Part shown: positions 1 through 10,870 of the stretch, one piece after another
Numbering within the stretch: the stretch's first letter is position 1
How the letters are laid out: the number at the start of each line of letters is the position of its first letter
Source of the DNA: Centroscyllium fabricii
Lineage: Eukaryota
Direction: 5' to 3'
NCBI GenBank assembly: GCA_051313645.2
Contig: JBNRSN020000003.1
Coordinates: 530,038,001 to 530,102,000, forward strand
DNA length: 64,000 nucleotides
Position numbers and translations under genes: made by a program
Notes under the pieces: generated by a model
The model's database searches: none
Told to the model about the DNA's origin: nothing
The model's input: the letters and a program-made list of their open reading frames with translations, nothing else

Positions 1-822
1 AGTGCTCATCTTTTCATTACTGTAACTAGGAGAGACCTCTTGATTATCTTCTATTGATTGTCTGCTAGACGACACAGAAAGCACAAACTCAGAGTTTTCC
101 GTTACCTCTGCCATATTATCCTGTTCATTTCCTAAAGTTAGGACATTACTATTTAACTGACTTAATTTGTATTCTGCTTGTTCTGGCTGATGTTTTTTGG
201 AATCCAGCAGCTGCAACACCTGCTCGTCAGCCTTCGAGCCTGGGGGAACGAACCCAGTCTTTGAATCTATTAAAAAAGTTTTTAGATAGTCATGGCTGCC
301 CATACACGGACTTATTACTGGCAAATGTTTTGAGTCCTGGTGTCTCCCAGACTGTGAAGCCATCATATCAAGAACCAACGTTTCAGCATGGAGGTCATTG
401 GCCACATTTGTGCAGTTGTGATAAGCTTCGACGGGTTCCTGCTGCTGTCTCTGTTCTTCACACTTTGTTCCTAAGCCTACACCTGCTTCTGCAGTTTCAT
501 GCAAAAGTATTGTTTCAGTTGTGTAAATGGCATTAGAACTACCAACAGGCTTTTCGGTCACTTGATATATTTCCAGCTCAGTGGGAAGCCCATAGAATAC
601 TTCTGTCATTGGCACATCTGAAGCTACATTTGATAAATATTCCAAGGTATTGGACTCGGTTGCTTGTATGACTTTAGTTTTTGTACCACATGCCTGTGCC
701 TGATACACGGTTTTAGAATGGTCTGTAAATTGCTCACACACAAGTCTACTTACAGAGTCTGAGAAGTCCAATGCAAATTTATTAATGGGTTTCACACTGT
801 TGGGAGTTTCAGTAATAACACC
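1..822 (-). CDS. SSH1: Slingshot phosphatase terminal large coding exon (partial, runs off the window edge)
   Basis: Acceptor ttccAG at 824-823, then 274 uninterrupted codons (GVITETPNSVKPINKF...NEKMST) to position 1. Phase 0 matches the preceding exon's donor at 9220. The sequence is poorly conserved, so assignment rests on position, phase and openness. Confidence 0.85.
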
Positions 823-1261
823 CTGGAATAAATTTAAAACATTGCATTGTTTAAAAAATGTCATTGAATGAAGGCTGCAGGTGAATAAGTGATATATGAC
901 TAAACTCTAGTTATACAGATAAATTAAAAATAATGGGAAACAAAATCACGATGAGGTAGTTTCAATCCAAAATAATCTTCAAAAAGTTACTAAAAAATGC
1001 AACCAGCTTGAGACATGGGCCAGAATTTTCCCAGACTGGCGGCGATTGGTCGGGGCGGGTTTTTGCCCCGCCCGATAAAGTGCCTGAGCTTCCCATGAGA
1101 TTTTAGTCTAAGTTCCCAATTAAATCCCCGCCTGTGGGAAGCCTTCTCAATCACCGATTTCCAGTCAGAAAGTCGCAGAATATGACGTCAGATTCCGCCT
1201 TTCTTTTAATGAACACAGCTCGCCTCCCGCACTGCTCAGCATTCCACAACCCTTCAGTAGG

Positions 1262-3247
1262 ATGGCAGAGCGTGAGGGTGCTGCATCGGGCAGCGGGAGG
1301 GGACGACCCGCCCCCAAATTTGATGACGCCTCCCTCGACGCATTAGTCGAGGGGGCAACGATCCATAGGGAGGTTCTCTGCCCCTCCTCAGGGAGGAAGA
1401 GATCTCCCTCACAGGCCAAGGCTGCATGGCAGCAGGTGGCTGAGGGGGTCAGCTCCTTGGGCACAACACCCCGGTCCTGGCTCCAGTGTCGCAAGAGATT
1501 GCATGACCTTCACTGCGAAAGTAAGTATTCATTTCCCCTCACCCTCAATCTCATCCCCCTCACCTCTCCTCACCACAACTTATCTTCACCATTCCCTTCC
1601 TCCACATCCCACTTCCGCATCACATCCAAGCAACCTTACCCATTCCCTCTCTATCTATGCTCACAATCACGGACCTTTCCCTCCATTCAGCCCTCACACT
1701 CCCTCTCACTCTCATGCTTGCTGCACATCTGGCACCACACAGGGAGAGCCTTTGGTCTTGCAGGCTCACTGCATCTTTGTCACCCTCCAACAAACTTTGC
1801 TGGTCACTCGCTGCACCAACTCCTTCCTTCTCACTCAACCTCCACTTCTCTCCCTCATTGCAGGAAAAGACAACCGCCAACAAGCGGCACAGCGCTGGGA
1901 CCGGAGGAGGACCCCCCTCCATCCAGCAGCTCATCACCTGGGAGGAGGCAGTTCTGGAGCTCATTGGGGAGGGGCAAGCCCCGGGAGTGGGTGACAGCGA
2001 GGCAGGCATGCAATCTCAAGCTGGTGACAGCATGGTTTCATTATTTCTCTAAGAACTAACACATGAGACTGGCACAATGAATGTAAAAGCACTGCAGAGG
2101 CAGCTCTGCTCAGTTCCTGAATGCTATCTCTATGTAACCTTGCTGACATATCTCTAACCTCTTCCTTTACTACCCCACAGGCCCAGCCGCAGCCGGACGC
2201 CCAAGCACCGGTGACGACGAGGCCGCCCCTGTTCAGTCCTCAGAGGAACCTGCCACCTCTGAGGGCGCACCGTCAGCAGCACAGACACCACCTGGCACCA
2301 GCGCAGATACTAGCACCTCGGTGGGCCCCCCTAGAGCTACATCTGACTTGTCACCGGGTGATTCACACAACACAAGTGAGCCTCAGCAGATTGTGGAGAC
2401 AGGGACAGCATTGCAGAGTCCGAGTCGGAGGGCGCAGGACTGTGCCAGCTTAGCTGAGCTGCATGTCGACCCAGTGCCTCTGGATCCATCAGGCAGAGGA
2501 TGGATGATGGGACTCCAGACACAGATGCAGGCGTCTCTGACAGGTTTTGTCTCCCAGGTAGCTGCGAGTGTTATGCGAATGGAGGAGTCTGTCGCAAGCA
2601 TGAGAAGCGACTTTGCGGAGTCAGTGGTGCATGATCGCATCACCATGGCAAGGATGGCAACCACCATGGAAAGGATAGCGACCGTGGACGAGAGGATGGC
2701 AACGGCCATCGAGCACATAAGTCGCCAGTCTTTCGAAGACATGGCCACTGTTCACAATAAATTCACATCTCTTGAGCAGCGAGTGGCATCGATTGAGCAG
2801 AGGAACCAGACCTTCGTGGAAGTACCTCTCAGTAGGACTTCCACTGCAGATACGGGTCCTCATGGCCCCCCTGAAGTGCAGCAAGGTGCTGTCCAGCCAC
2901 TTGCTGGCGCTGAGGGGGAGGTGACCCATGAGAGGGAGGTTGGTGGTGCAGCTGAAGGAAGTGGGGGCTCCTCTCCAAGCGCTCCCACGTCCACACCACT
3001 GCACAGCCCTCGGTCAGAGGCCCGCCGGAGTCCCCATCCACCTGAGATGGAAGTCTCATACCCTGCCCAGCCGCAGGAGCAGCAGACTGGTGGCGAGCCC
3101 CCACAGGCTCGCCGCCCCAGAGGACGACTGCCAAAGCTGTCCAGACAGGAGCAGCAGGGCACTCAGCAGGGGGCCTCCACATCTGCTGACACCACAGAGC
3201 CACCACCACATAGGAGCACTCGGAAAATAAAACTTAAGCACCCTTAG
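1262..3247 (+). pseudogene. Harbinger Myb/SANT-like (trihelix, NAIF1-like) DNA-binding protein; exons 1262-1520, 1864-2023, 2181-3247
   Basis: Motifs PKFDDASLDALVE...AWQQVAEGVSS...RSWLQCRKRLHDL and EKTTANKRHSAGTGGGPP. GT-AG introns. Exons 2 and 3 join in frame, but exon 1 ends in phase 1 while the conserved exon-2 frame needs phase 0, implying an indel near 1511. Confidence 0.85.
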
Positions 3248-4703
3248 GCACAACGGGAGTCACTTGGGTGTTAGTGTAACAGACATTCAGGTGTCCATAG
3301 CACTGGTCAGACAGCAGACCACTCCAGGTGGCACCTGATGCAGTTGTCATGTCTGCCATCTCGCGAATTGCCCTTCCACATTGATGCCGTATGCAGGCTG
3401 GACAGCAATTAGGCAGGCCTCACAGATATGCAAGGATGCAGATGCAACATGGCAGAAGGACTTACAGCAAGACGCATGAGGTTCAATAACAGACTGCAGC
3501 TCAATGGTTAAGAGTGAAGGTCCTTGAAATCGACCTACCTTCATGTTGATGCACACCAGCGAACAGAAGGACTGTATCAACGATGTGTGGTCCAAACGAT
3601 GACCAGGTTAACTGAACAAACCTCCTAATGTTTTCGCAACACCAGGAAACAAGCCTCAGTGCTGAACTTTAACAGGAACAAAACTTTAAAGGGATGGAGG
3701 TGGGCAAAGAAAAGATGGGCCAACTGGCCAAAGTACCCATGCATCCATCATCTGGCTGCAGCTGGCCCCTCACAGCACCTGACCCTGATGGAATGGCCAA
3801 GGAGCCATGGTGCCAGCATGCCTCAGCTCTCATGTCAAATGAGATCAGGTGGGTGAAGACCCACCAGACATTGTCCCTCACCGCCCTCCACAGCTCCTGC
3901 CCCATGTCCGGGTGCGCTGCCCTGAAGCACCTCCAGGACATTTTGAGGCACAGCAGCCCCACCCACAGAAAGAATCCAGACAGCGCCTGCATTATTTTTC
4001 TGTACATGGTTGTTGTTCTTCTCCGTTTTTCAGATGAAGGCGTTGACGACCTCAGGGGGGATGTCCGTTTCGATTGGCTGGTCAGGAACCCCGATTTCAC
4101 TGTGACCCCCACAGCAAAGTCGATGGTTGGTCAGAATCTGTGCCACTCTTGAAAAGGGAGGGGCACCACGTGAGAGGGGGGAACATGATTGACAATGGAT
4201 ATGAACTTGCAAGCTCAAAACTGGACTGGCTGAGGTTCAGCATTGCTGATAATGACTTTCTGACCGTTTAAATCTGCATGTCTGCAGCTGAGATGCCTGG
4301 GACAACATTAATGCAGTGATTCATAAGTGCTGGTCATCACTTTAACAACCATGCATGTGGCCATGTTTGCTTAATGTCGTTATTAAACAGCATGTTGCAG
4401 TTGCAACCTTTATTGTTTCTGTGTTCATTATTGCATGTGATGGATGGATGGATGCTTGGATGGGACCATGTGCATCAATGAAATGTGTGGTGAGTCAGGG
4501 GCGTGGGTGCATGCGCGAGCGCAGAAAGCAGTCACAGGCACTTGGCAGCCCCAGAAGCACCCTCCCCCACCCCGCCCCCCCCCAACACAGATGTCGTTAC
4601 AGTAGTGGGACTCATGCAGGTATGACCTATGGAAGTGACTGGAGTGTGTCAGTGAGGATGCGCTGTTAGGATGATGAGAGTAGCACAAGCTGCCTTGAGT
4701 AGG

Positions 4704-5971
4704 CTAAGAAAATCTTGCAAGGATGAGCTCCATCCTTGCTTGCCAGCCAGCAACGTTCTCGCGTAATGGTGGCGCTGGCTGGTGTCGAGCTGCAGCAACC
4801 CCGTCCTCTTCCTGTTCTTCCTCCTCTTCCTCATCCTCCTCCTCCTCCTCATCTGAGGACGGTATGCGAGGAGGAAGGTCTTGGTCAGGAGGTTGCAAGC
4901 CACGGCGCTGGGCCATGTTGTGAAGTTGACAGCAAACCACTACCATTCTGGAGACCCTGGCTGGGGAGTATTGCAGGGCTCCACCTGATCTCTCCAAGCA
5001 TCTGAAACGCATCTTGAGCAAGCCGATGGTGTGCTCTATAATGCTTCTGGTGGAGATGTGTCTGGAGTTGTAGTTCTCCTCAGCCTCATTGGCTGGCCTC
5101 CTGACCGGCGTCATGAGCCAAGTCCTGAGGGGATAGCCCTTGTCTCCAAGTAGCCACCCCGGAAGCTGGTCCGGCGGTGTGAAGAGTGTAGGCAAGGTTG
5201 ATGGCGCAGGACGAAGGAGTCATGGCAGCTGCCAGGGTACCTGGCACACTCATGCAAAATCTCCTTCCTGTGGTCACACACCAGTTGAACATTGAGTGAA
5301 TGGAAGCCCTTTCGGTTGAGAAAAGCTACTGGGTTGTCGTTGGGTGCCCTAAGGGCCACATGTGTGCAGTCAATGATGCCCTGCACCCTTGGGAAGCCTG
5401 CCAGACGAGCCATTCCAATCGCTCGGGCCCTCACACTTGCGCGATCCGTGGTAAAATGGATGAAATTGTGGGCGCGGGCAAAGAGGGCATCGGTTACCTG
5501 GGTGATGCAGGAGTGTGCGGCCGACTGGGAGATTCCGCTGACGTCGGCTGCTGATCCCTGGAATGAGCCCGAGGCAAAGAAGTTGAGTGCGGTGGTGACT
5601 TTGAGGGCCACTGGTAAGGCATGTCTACCTGGTGTTCTGGGCTCCAGCTCTTGCTGCAGCATGGCACAGATGTCTGTGACTGCCTCTCGGGAAAGTCGGA
5701 GTCGCCTTTGGCACTGCTGCTCACTCATGTTGAGGTATGTGGCTCGGACTCTGTAGACCCTGTTTGGGGGCTATCTTCTGCGACGCCGGCCTTCGATGCA
5801 CCGATGCCTTCTGGCCCATGCTGCCCCCGGAGGGTCCGCAGGAGCGTCAGGCTCCTGGTGTGGCTCCTGCTGGTGAGGTGGTTCCTGGTGTGGCAGCTGC
5901 TGCTGTTGCCGCATCTGCTCCTGGTGTAGATAATGTAATCCCAAGAAGGGAAGGAAGAAAATGGCTCCCAT
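4704..5971 (-). pseudogene. Harbinger (HARBI1-family) DDE transposase
   Basis: Motifs [62 protein letters not shown]. In-frame TAG at 5773-5771 and a frameshift near 5200. Confidence 0.92.
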
Positions 5972-7591
5972 GGCTGTGCTGGCAGCCTCGGCTGAGGAAG
6001 CACTGACTGGGGTGGGGGGGGGGGGGGAAAGTGAGAGTGATTTCCCAGGTCACACTGCAGAAGGTTTTGAGGATGCAACCTTCCACAGGTGTGCTGAAGT
6101 CTGTTGCAAGTATCCCAAGACTGAGAGAGCAATGTGGTTGCGGAAGTGAATGAAGGCTGATTAAATGTGAGCCTTCATTGAGTGACCGGCCACAGATACT
6201 CAGCAATCCGAGTGAGTTCGCACAAGGGTTTCACCTAACAGGGTTTAGCTTGGCGGCTTTTGGGCGTGAAACACCTGAAAATGGCTAAGGGCCCTTAAAA
6301 TGGGATTACAGATGGCAATTAAGGGCCCTTAACGACCTTAACAACCATCCCCGCCGGGAAAGATTCTGGGCGGGGAAAAAGGCCGGCCAAAAATTCCAAA
6401 CTGGCGGGGAATGGGCAGCCTTGGACGGGAACCAAAATTTTCACATTTTCACCTCACGGCCGCCCAAAAACCCACCTGACACGGACATCAAAATCCCCCC
6501 CCATCATCTCCCATGTCATGTATCCCAACAAGAAGAAGGATATTTGCAGAGATCCACTGGTGCTAAAGCCAACAGCCTTCTTGGTCCTGGATGTAAAATC
6601 AATGCTCCAACTGCATTTGGAAGTTCAGTTTGGTTTTAGACTGCCTGGAAGTTGGGACTGCCCATCAGTATTAGTACAGTAAGTGCAACATTTGAAGTTG
6701 TATCTAGCTCTGATGTGACCACATCTTGAATTGTTGCCTCTGTATTATGAAAAGGATGTAGCGTTATTAGCAGTCCAGAGGACAAGGCTGATTTCTGACA
6801 TAATCAGGTAGGGTTACAAGGAACAATGGTCTATCCTGGGAATTTACTCTCAAGACAAGGGGGATTAGAGGGGACTTGATAGATGCCGTCTAAAAATGTT
6901 GTGGTTATGGAGAATTGGGTCGAGGGAAGTTTTTCTGTTGCGTATAGGATTCAAGGACATGAGGACACAGTTAAGTCTGCCAAAAGTCAATTAGAAATTG
7001 ATGCAACGTCTTTTATTACGTGGGTAGAGAGATGTGGAATAGATGGGAGGGGGTTAATGGAACAGAAAACCATCGCAGGTTTGAAATAAGGACTGGATGA
7101 GTCCCCGTTAGTAAGTAGGATTCAGGGCTATTGGTTGTAAAATCACAGTAAGAAACCAGATGGTAGATTTGGAAGGGTTGTTTTGGTGGAACAATGCTCC
7201 TCTCTTGCTGAAAACTTTACGATGTTAAAAATGTGTTATCACGCCCTCTCTTCAAAGCGATTCAACCAAGGATTTCTAATAGAAATGTAACTAAGCAGTG
7301 ACCGTTTCTTTTCTACTTCCCCCCCACCCCCCAATCCAAACATGCCCTAAGGTTGGTATATTTTATTTCTATGTGCCCGCCAGATTGTCGACATGTCATT
7401 GGGCTTATGAACAATGAAAGTTTCAAACCCTCCATGGTACCTGACTGTAAATGACCGGACCTACTTGATTTCTGGTGCTTTTCAACCTCAGGATGCCCTG
7501 GATACTGGCAATGTAATTTAACTCTTCCTTCTCTGAATATTTCCTATTAATATCAATCGGTTAAATTTTTTAATTTGAGTGAATCTAGTAT

Positions 7592-8280
7592 ACATAAGAA
7601 CATAAGAAGTAGGAGCAGGAGTAGGCCAATCGGCCCTTCGAGCCTGCTCCGCCATTCAATAAGATCATGGCTGATCTGATCCTAGCCTCAATTTTATTTT
7701 TACTCTCTACCCCGCCCCAACCAATGTAATCACCTGGGAGAGATGAAAAACCAGACATGGCCGATCTCAACCTAGCCTCACGTCCACTTACCAGCCCGTT
7801 CACCATAACCCCTAATTCCCTTTAATTCCAGGAAACTGTCTATCTCAGTTTTAAATTTATTCAACGTAGTAGCTTCTACAGCTCTCTGTGGTAGCAAATT
7901 CCACAGCCGCACCACCCTCTGAGTAAAGAAGTTCCCCCTCATCTCAGTTTTAAAATGGGAGCCCTTTATTTTAAGATTATGCCCCCTAGTCCTAGTCTCA
8001 CCCACCATTGGGAACATCCTCACCGCATCCACCCGATCAAGCCCTCTCACAATCTTATATACCTCAATAAGATCGCCCCTCATTCTTCTGAACTCCAATG
8101 AGTAGAGGCCCAATCCACTCAGCCTCTCGTCATATGTTAGCCCCCTCATCCCCGGAACTAACCTAGTGAATCTTCTCTGCACTGCCTCGAGAGCAAGTAT
8201 GTCCTTTCTTAAATAGGGACACCAGAACTGCACGCAGTATTCCAGGTGTGGTCTCACCAATACCCTGTACAACTGCAACA
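7592..8280 (-). mobile_element. CR1 LINE 3' fragment (young subfamily, 3'UTR carries an inserted module)
   Basis: ORF2 C-terminus LVRPHLEYCVQFW...RGDLIEVYK...FFTQRVV and an octamer-repeat tail. Confidence 0.92.
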
Positions 8281-8370
8281 ATTGTTGTGAAATCAAGTTG
8301 AACCTCGACAGGAATACACTTTAAAAAAAAAAGTTATATATGTTTACATCAGTTACTCAATTGTTATATT

Positions 8371-9125
8371 GGGCCAAAAATTGTGATGATCGCGGGAGGT
8401 TTTTGAGCCAGGTGCTCACGCACCCGAGCTCCGAATTGCAGGTAGCAGCCGTTTCCAGCTGCTACCTGTAATTCCGATGGCGTCCAGCGGGGGATCGCGA
8501 GCTGCAGCCGGCTGGATCGCATTCGCCTGCGCACCACGAGGTGCGCAGTGGACTTCCGATTTTTTTGCGAGTTTTTTATTGGGGTAAGTATGGAAGATTT
8601 TACACTTAAAAATATCAGCCGTAACCACCCGTTTTTAGCAGGTAAGTCTTTATTTTATAGAATTTAAGGATTGTTTTAATAGGTTTTTAATTTTTTAAAC
8701 TTTAAAGACAAGTATTCTTTTAGGCCAGTTAAAAACGTTAATTTTTTTTCTAATTTTTTCTTTTTTCTTTAAAATAGGTAATTTATGTTAGAGTATTGTT
8801 AAAAAATGTGGTGTTTTAAAAATTTTATTTTTGTGTTTAGATGTGTTTTTGAAGCTCTTCCTTTTCATAACTTACACAGATTTCTCCGTGTAAGTTATGA
8901 ATGTACGATTGCTTCCATTGATTGGCTCCCTGCAGATCACGTGGTCCCCCGCGCGAGATCTCCCACTAACTACGCCGTGAGTTGCACCAGCAGGTCGCTT
9001 GGAGCTTGCAGTAGCTGTACAACTCGGGATTTCACATCCCATAATTGCAAAACGGCAGAAGCGCAGGGTAAGTGTACCTTGGAGCCTTGCACTCACAGGA
9101 AGGCTCCAAGGCTAATTTTTGGGCC
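8371..9125. mobile_element. Non-autonomous Harbinger-like MITE
   Basis: TIRs GGGCCAAAAATT / (rc)GGCCCAAAAATT resemble the ends of the element at 1017. Internally homologous to 47509-48235. Confidence 0.8.
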
Positions 9126-9220
9126 AATATGTTTTAACCGAGAAATAGAAAGGTTGCATTGGAGCGAACGAGAGAGGTTGGAGTGAAAAAAGGGTTAGTC
9201 CTTTCATTATTTGTACTTAC

Positions 9221-9923
9221 TTCATCCTCTTTCAAACAATTTCTTGTGGCGTTGTTGTTATTGTTCACATTGTCTTTATCGAGTTGATTTTCAACACTTG
9301 CTGTCGAACCGGACTCCAGTATGTTTGTTAGGCTTGCATCTGCCTCGCCATCATTTTCTGTATTAGGTCCATTAACCACGATGTGGTCACCTTCATCATA
9401 CATACCGAAGCCCAGCATATTCTCATTTTCCTCTTCCGACTCCTCTACTGCTGTAAACATCAGGTAAGTATTTCCCTGTTGGCTTAGTACTCTGCTTTGG
9501 CTGTCATATGTATCCCGAAGCTGAGGTGACACAAGTATCCCAGTGTCACGGACACCATCTTCTGTGCACCTGAAATCTGCATTATCCATCCGAATTGCAT
9601 CTCGTTCCACATCGTCAACTTGGACCAAAAATTGTTCCAGCTCTTGCTGCCGTTTGATGTAGGCACTGTCTATAATGGGGTCTGACAGACACCTGAAGTA
9701 GTAATTGGAATTAACTGGTTCACTTTTATCCTTGTTGGCTACTATTGCACCCGGAGATGGTTCAATATACTTCTGCTCTCCAGATCGGTGTTGAATTCCT
9801 GCATTACAGCTGTTCAAGTCTTGTTGGCTAGATATTCTACTGCTCTGGAACATCGGATCCCTCACAGTCTCTTGTAAATCACTCTCAGAGTTGCGTCGCC
9901 ACAAGCTATTATGTCGATGTTTA
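9221..9923 (-). CDS. SSH1: Slingshot phosphatase penultimate coding exon (703 nt; (S)KHRHNSLWRR...RCLSDP...NNNNNATRNCLKEDE)
   Basis: AG acceptor 9925-9924, GTAAGT donor at 9220. Continues GILDAS in frame; matches SSH1 motifs KQRHNKLWR and RRLSDP. Confidence 0.93.
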
Positions 9924-10020
9924 CTGTTTAAAAAAAAAATGGTAAGGAGGTATCAGCCACAGGATCAAAAGTAATAAAATTATGCACAGTGACATAATGA
10001 AAGCGAAAGAAATACTTATT

Positions 10021-10446
10021 CAGGTGCACAACCCTTTATCCGAAAACCTCGGGACCGGGCGGGTTTCGGATAAATACGGTTTTTAGAGTTGGCCCCAGTG
10101 CGCATGCGCAGATTGCATGTGCATTTCCGTGTTTGCGGCCCAGCTCGCAGTCGGAGAACGGCATATCAGCCGTTTAGAGCGGGGGATCGGCTGTTTAGAG
10201 CGGGGGATCGGCCGTTTAGAGCGGGGGATCGGCCGTTTAGAGCAGGGGATCGGCAGTCTGGAGCGGGAGATTGGCAGTTTTTTTCCTCAGCACGGCATCA
10301 ACAGCACGAGATCAGGGTAGGAACGTGTTCTTTCTGCTGCAGCTTCAATTTATTTAAGAAAAAAATGATTATGTTGGCGCAACCCTGGACTTCAGTTTTT
10401 GGAGCTTTTCGATTTTTGGAGTTGCGGATAAGGGATTGCGTACCTG
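10021..10446. mobile_element. Tc1/mariner (Tigger/pogo-like) MITE with internal 21-bp tandem repeats
   Basis: TIRs CAGGTRCRCAA(C/T)CC, TA on the right flank. Second copy at 58961-59269. Confidence 0.8.
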
Positions 10447-10449
10447 TAT

Positions 10450-10870
10450 TTCTATATCACCTTTCACAACCTCAGGTCGTCCCAAATCGCTTTACAACCA
10501 AACCTTTGCGTGTAGTCACTGTTGTAATGTAGGAAACATGGCAGCCAATTTGCAGACTGCAAGGTCCCACAAACAGTAGTGAGATAATGACCAGATAATC
10601 TGTTTTAGTGATGTTGATTGAGGGATAAATATTGGCCAGATAACTCCTCTTGCTCTTCTTTGAATAGTGCCATGGGATCATTTATGTCTACCCGAGAGGA
10701 CAATTTAATGTCTCATCCAAAAGACGGCATCTCTGACAGTGCAGCACTCCCTCAGTACTGCACTGAAGTGTCAGCCTAGATTATGTGCTCAAGTCTCTGG
10801 AGTAGGACTTGAACCCACAACCTTCTGACTCAGAGGTGAGGGTGCTACCAACTGAACCAAGGCAGACACC
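10450..10870 (-). mobile_element. tRNA-derived Deu-domain SINE (SacSINE1/AmnSINE1-like)
   Basis: tRNA-like head with A/B boxes (TGGTTCAGTTGG...GGTTCAAGTCC) and Deu-domain-like core (GTCTTTTGGATGAGACATTAAA...CCCATGGCACTATT). Boundaries approximate. Confidence 0.75.

Larger units (their letters stand above)
1017..6501. mobile_element. PIF/Harbinger DNA transposon, full length, two convergent genes (Myb/SANT protein and DDE transposase), inactivated
   Basis: Imperfect TIRs GGGCCAGAATTT / (rc)GGGGGGGATTTT, CAT on both flanks (1014-1016, 6502-6504), shared subterminal GGYGGGTTTTTG, and both hallmark Harbinger genes inside. Confidence 0.9.

Noticed and set aside
261-536. Plus-strand 91-aa ORF and the many other short ORFs in the track
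   Set aside because: Antisense or off-frame shadows of the SSH1 exon and of repeats; no recognisable domains or splice support.
1262-5971. Domesticated host genes HARBI1 and NAIF1
   Set aside because: Both ORFs lie between TIRs with a target duplication, inside another gene's intron, and carry disabling lesions.
10165-10275. 21-bp repeats resembling a CRISPR array
   Set aside because: Head-to-tail minisatellite with no unique spacers, inside a MITE in a vertebrate intron; the sister copy at 58961 lacks the expansion.
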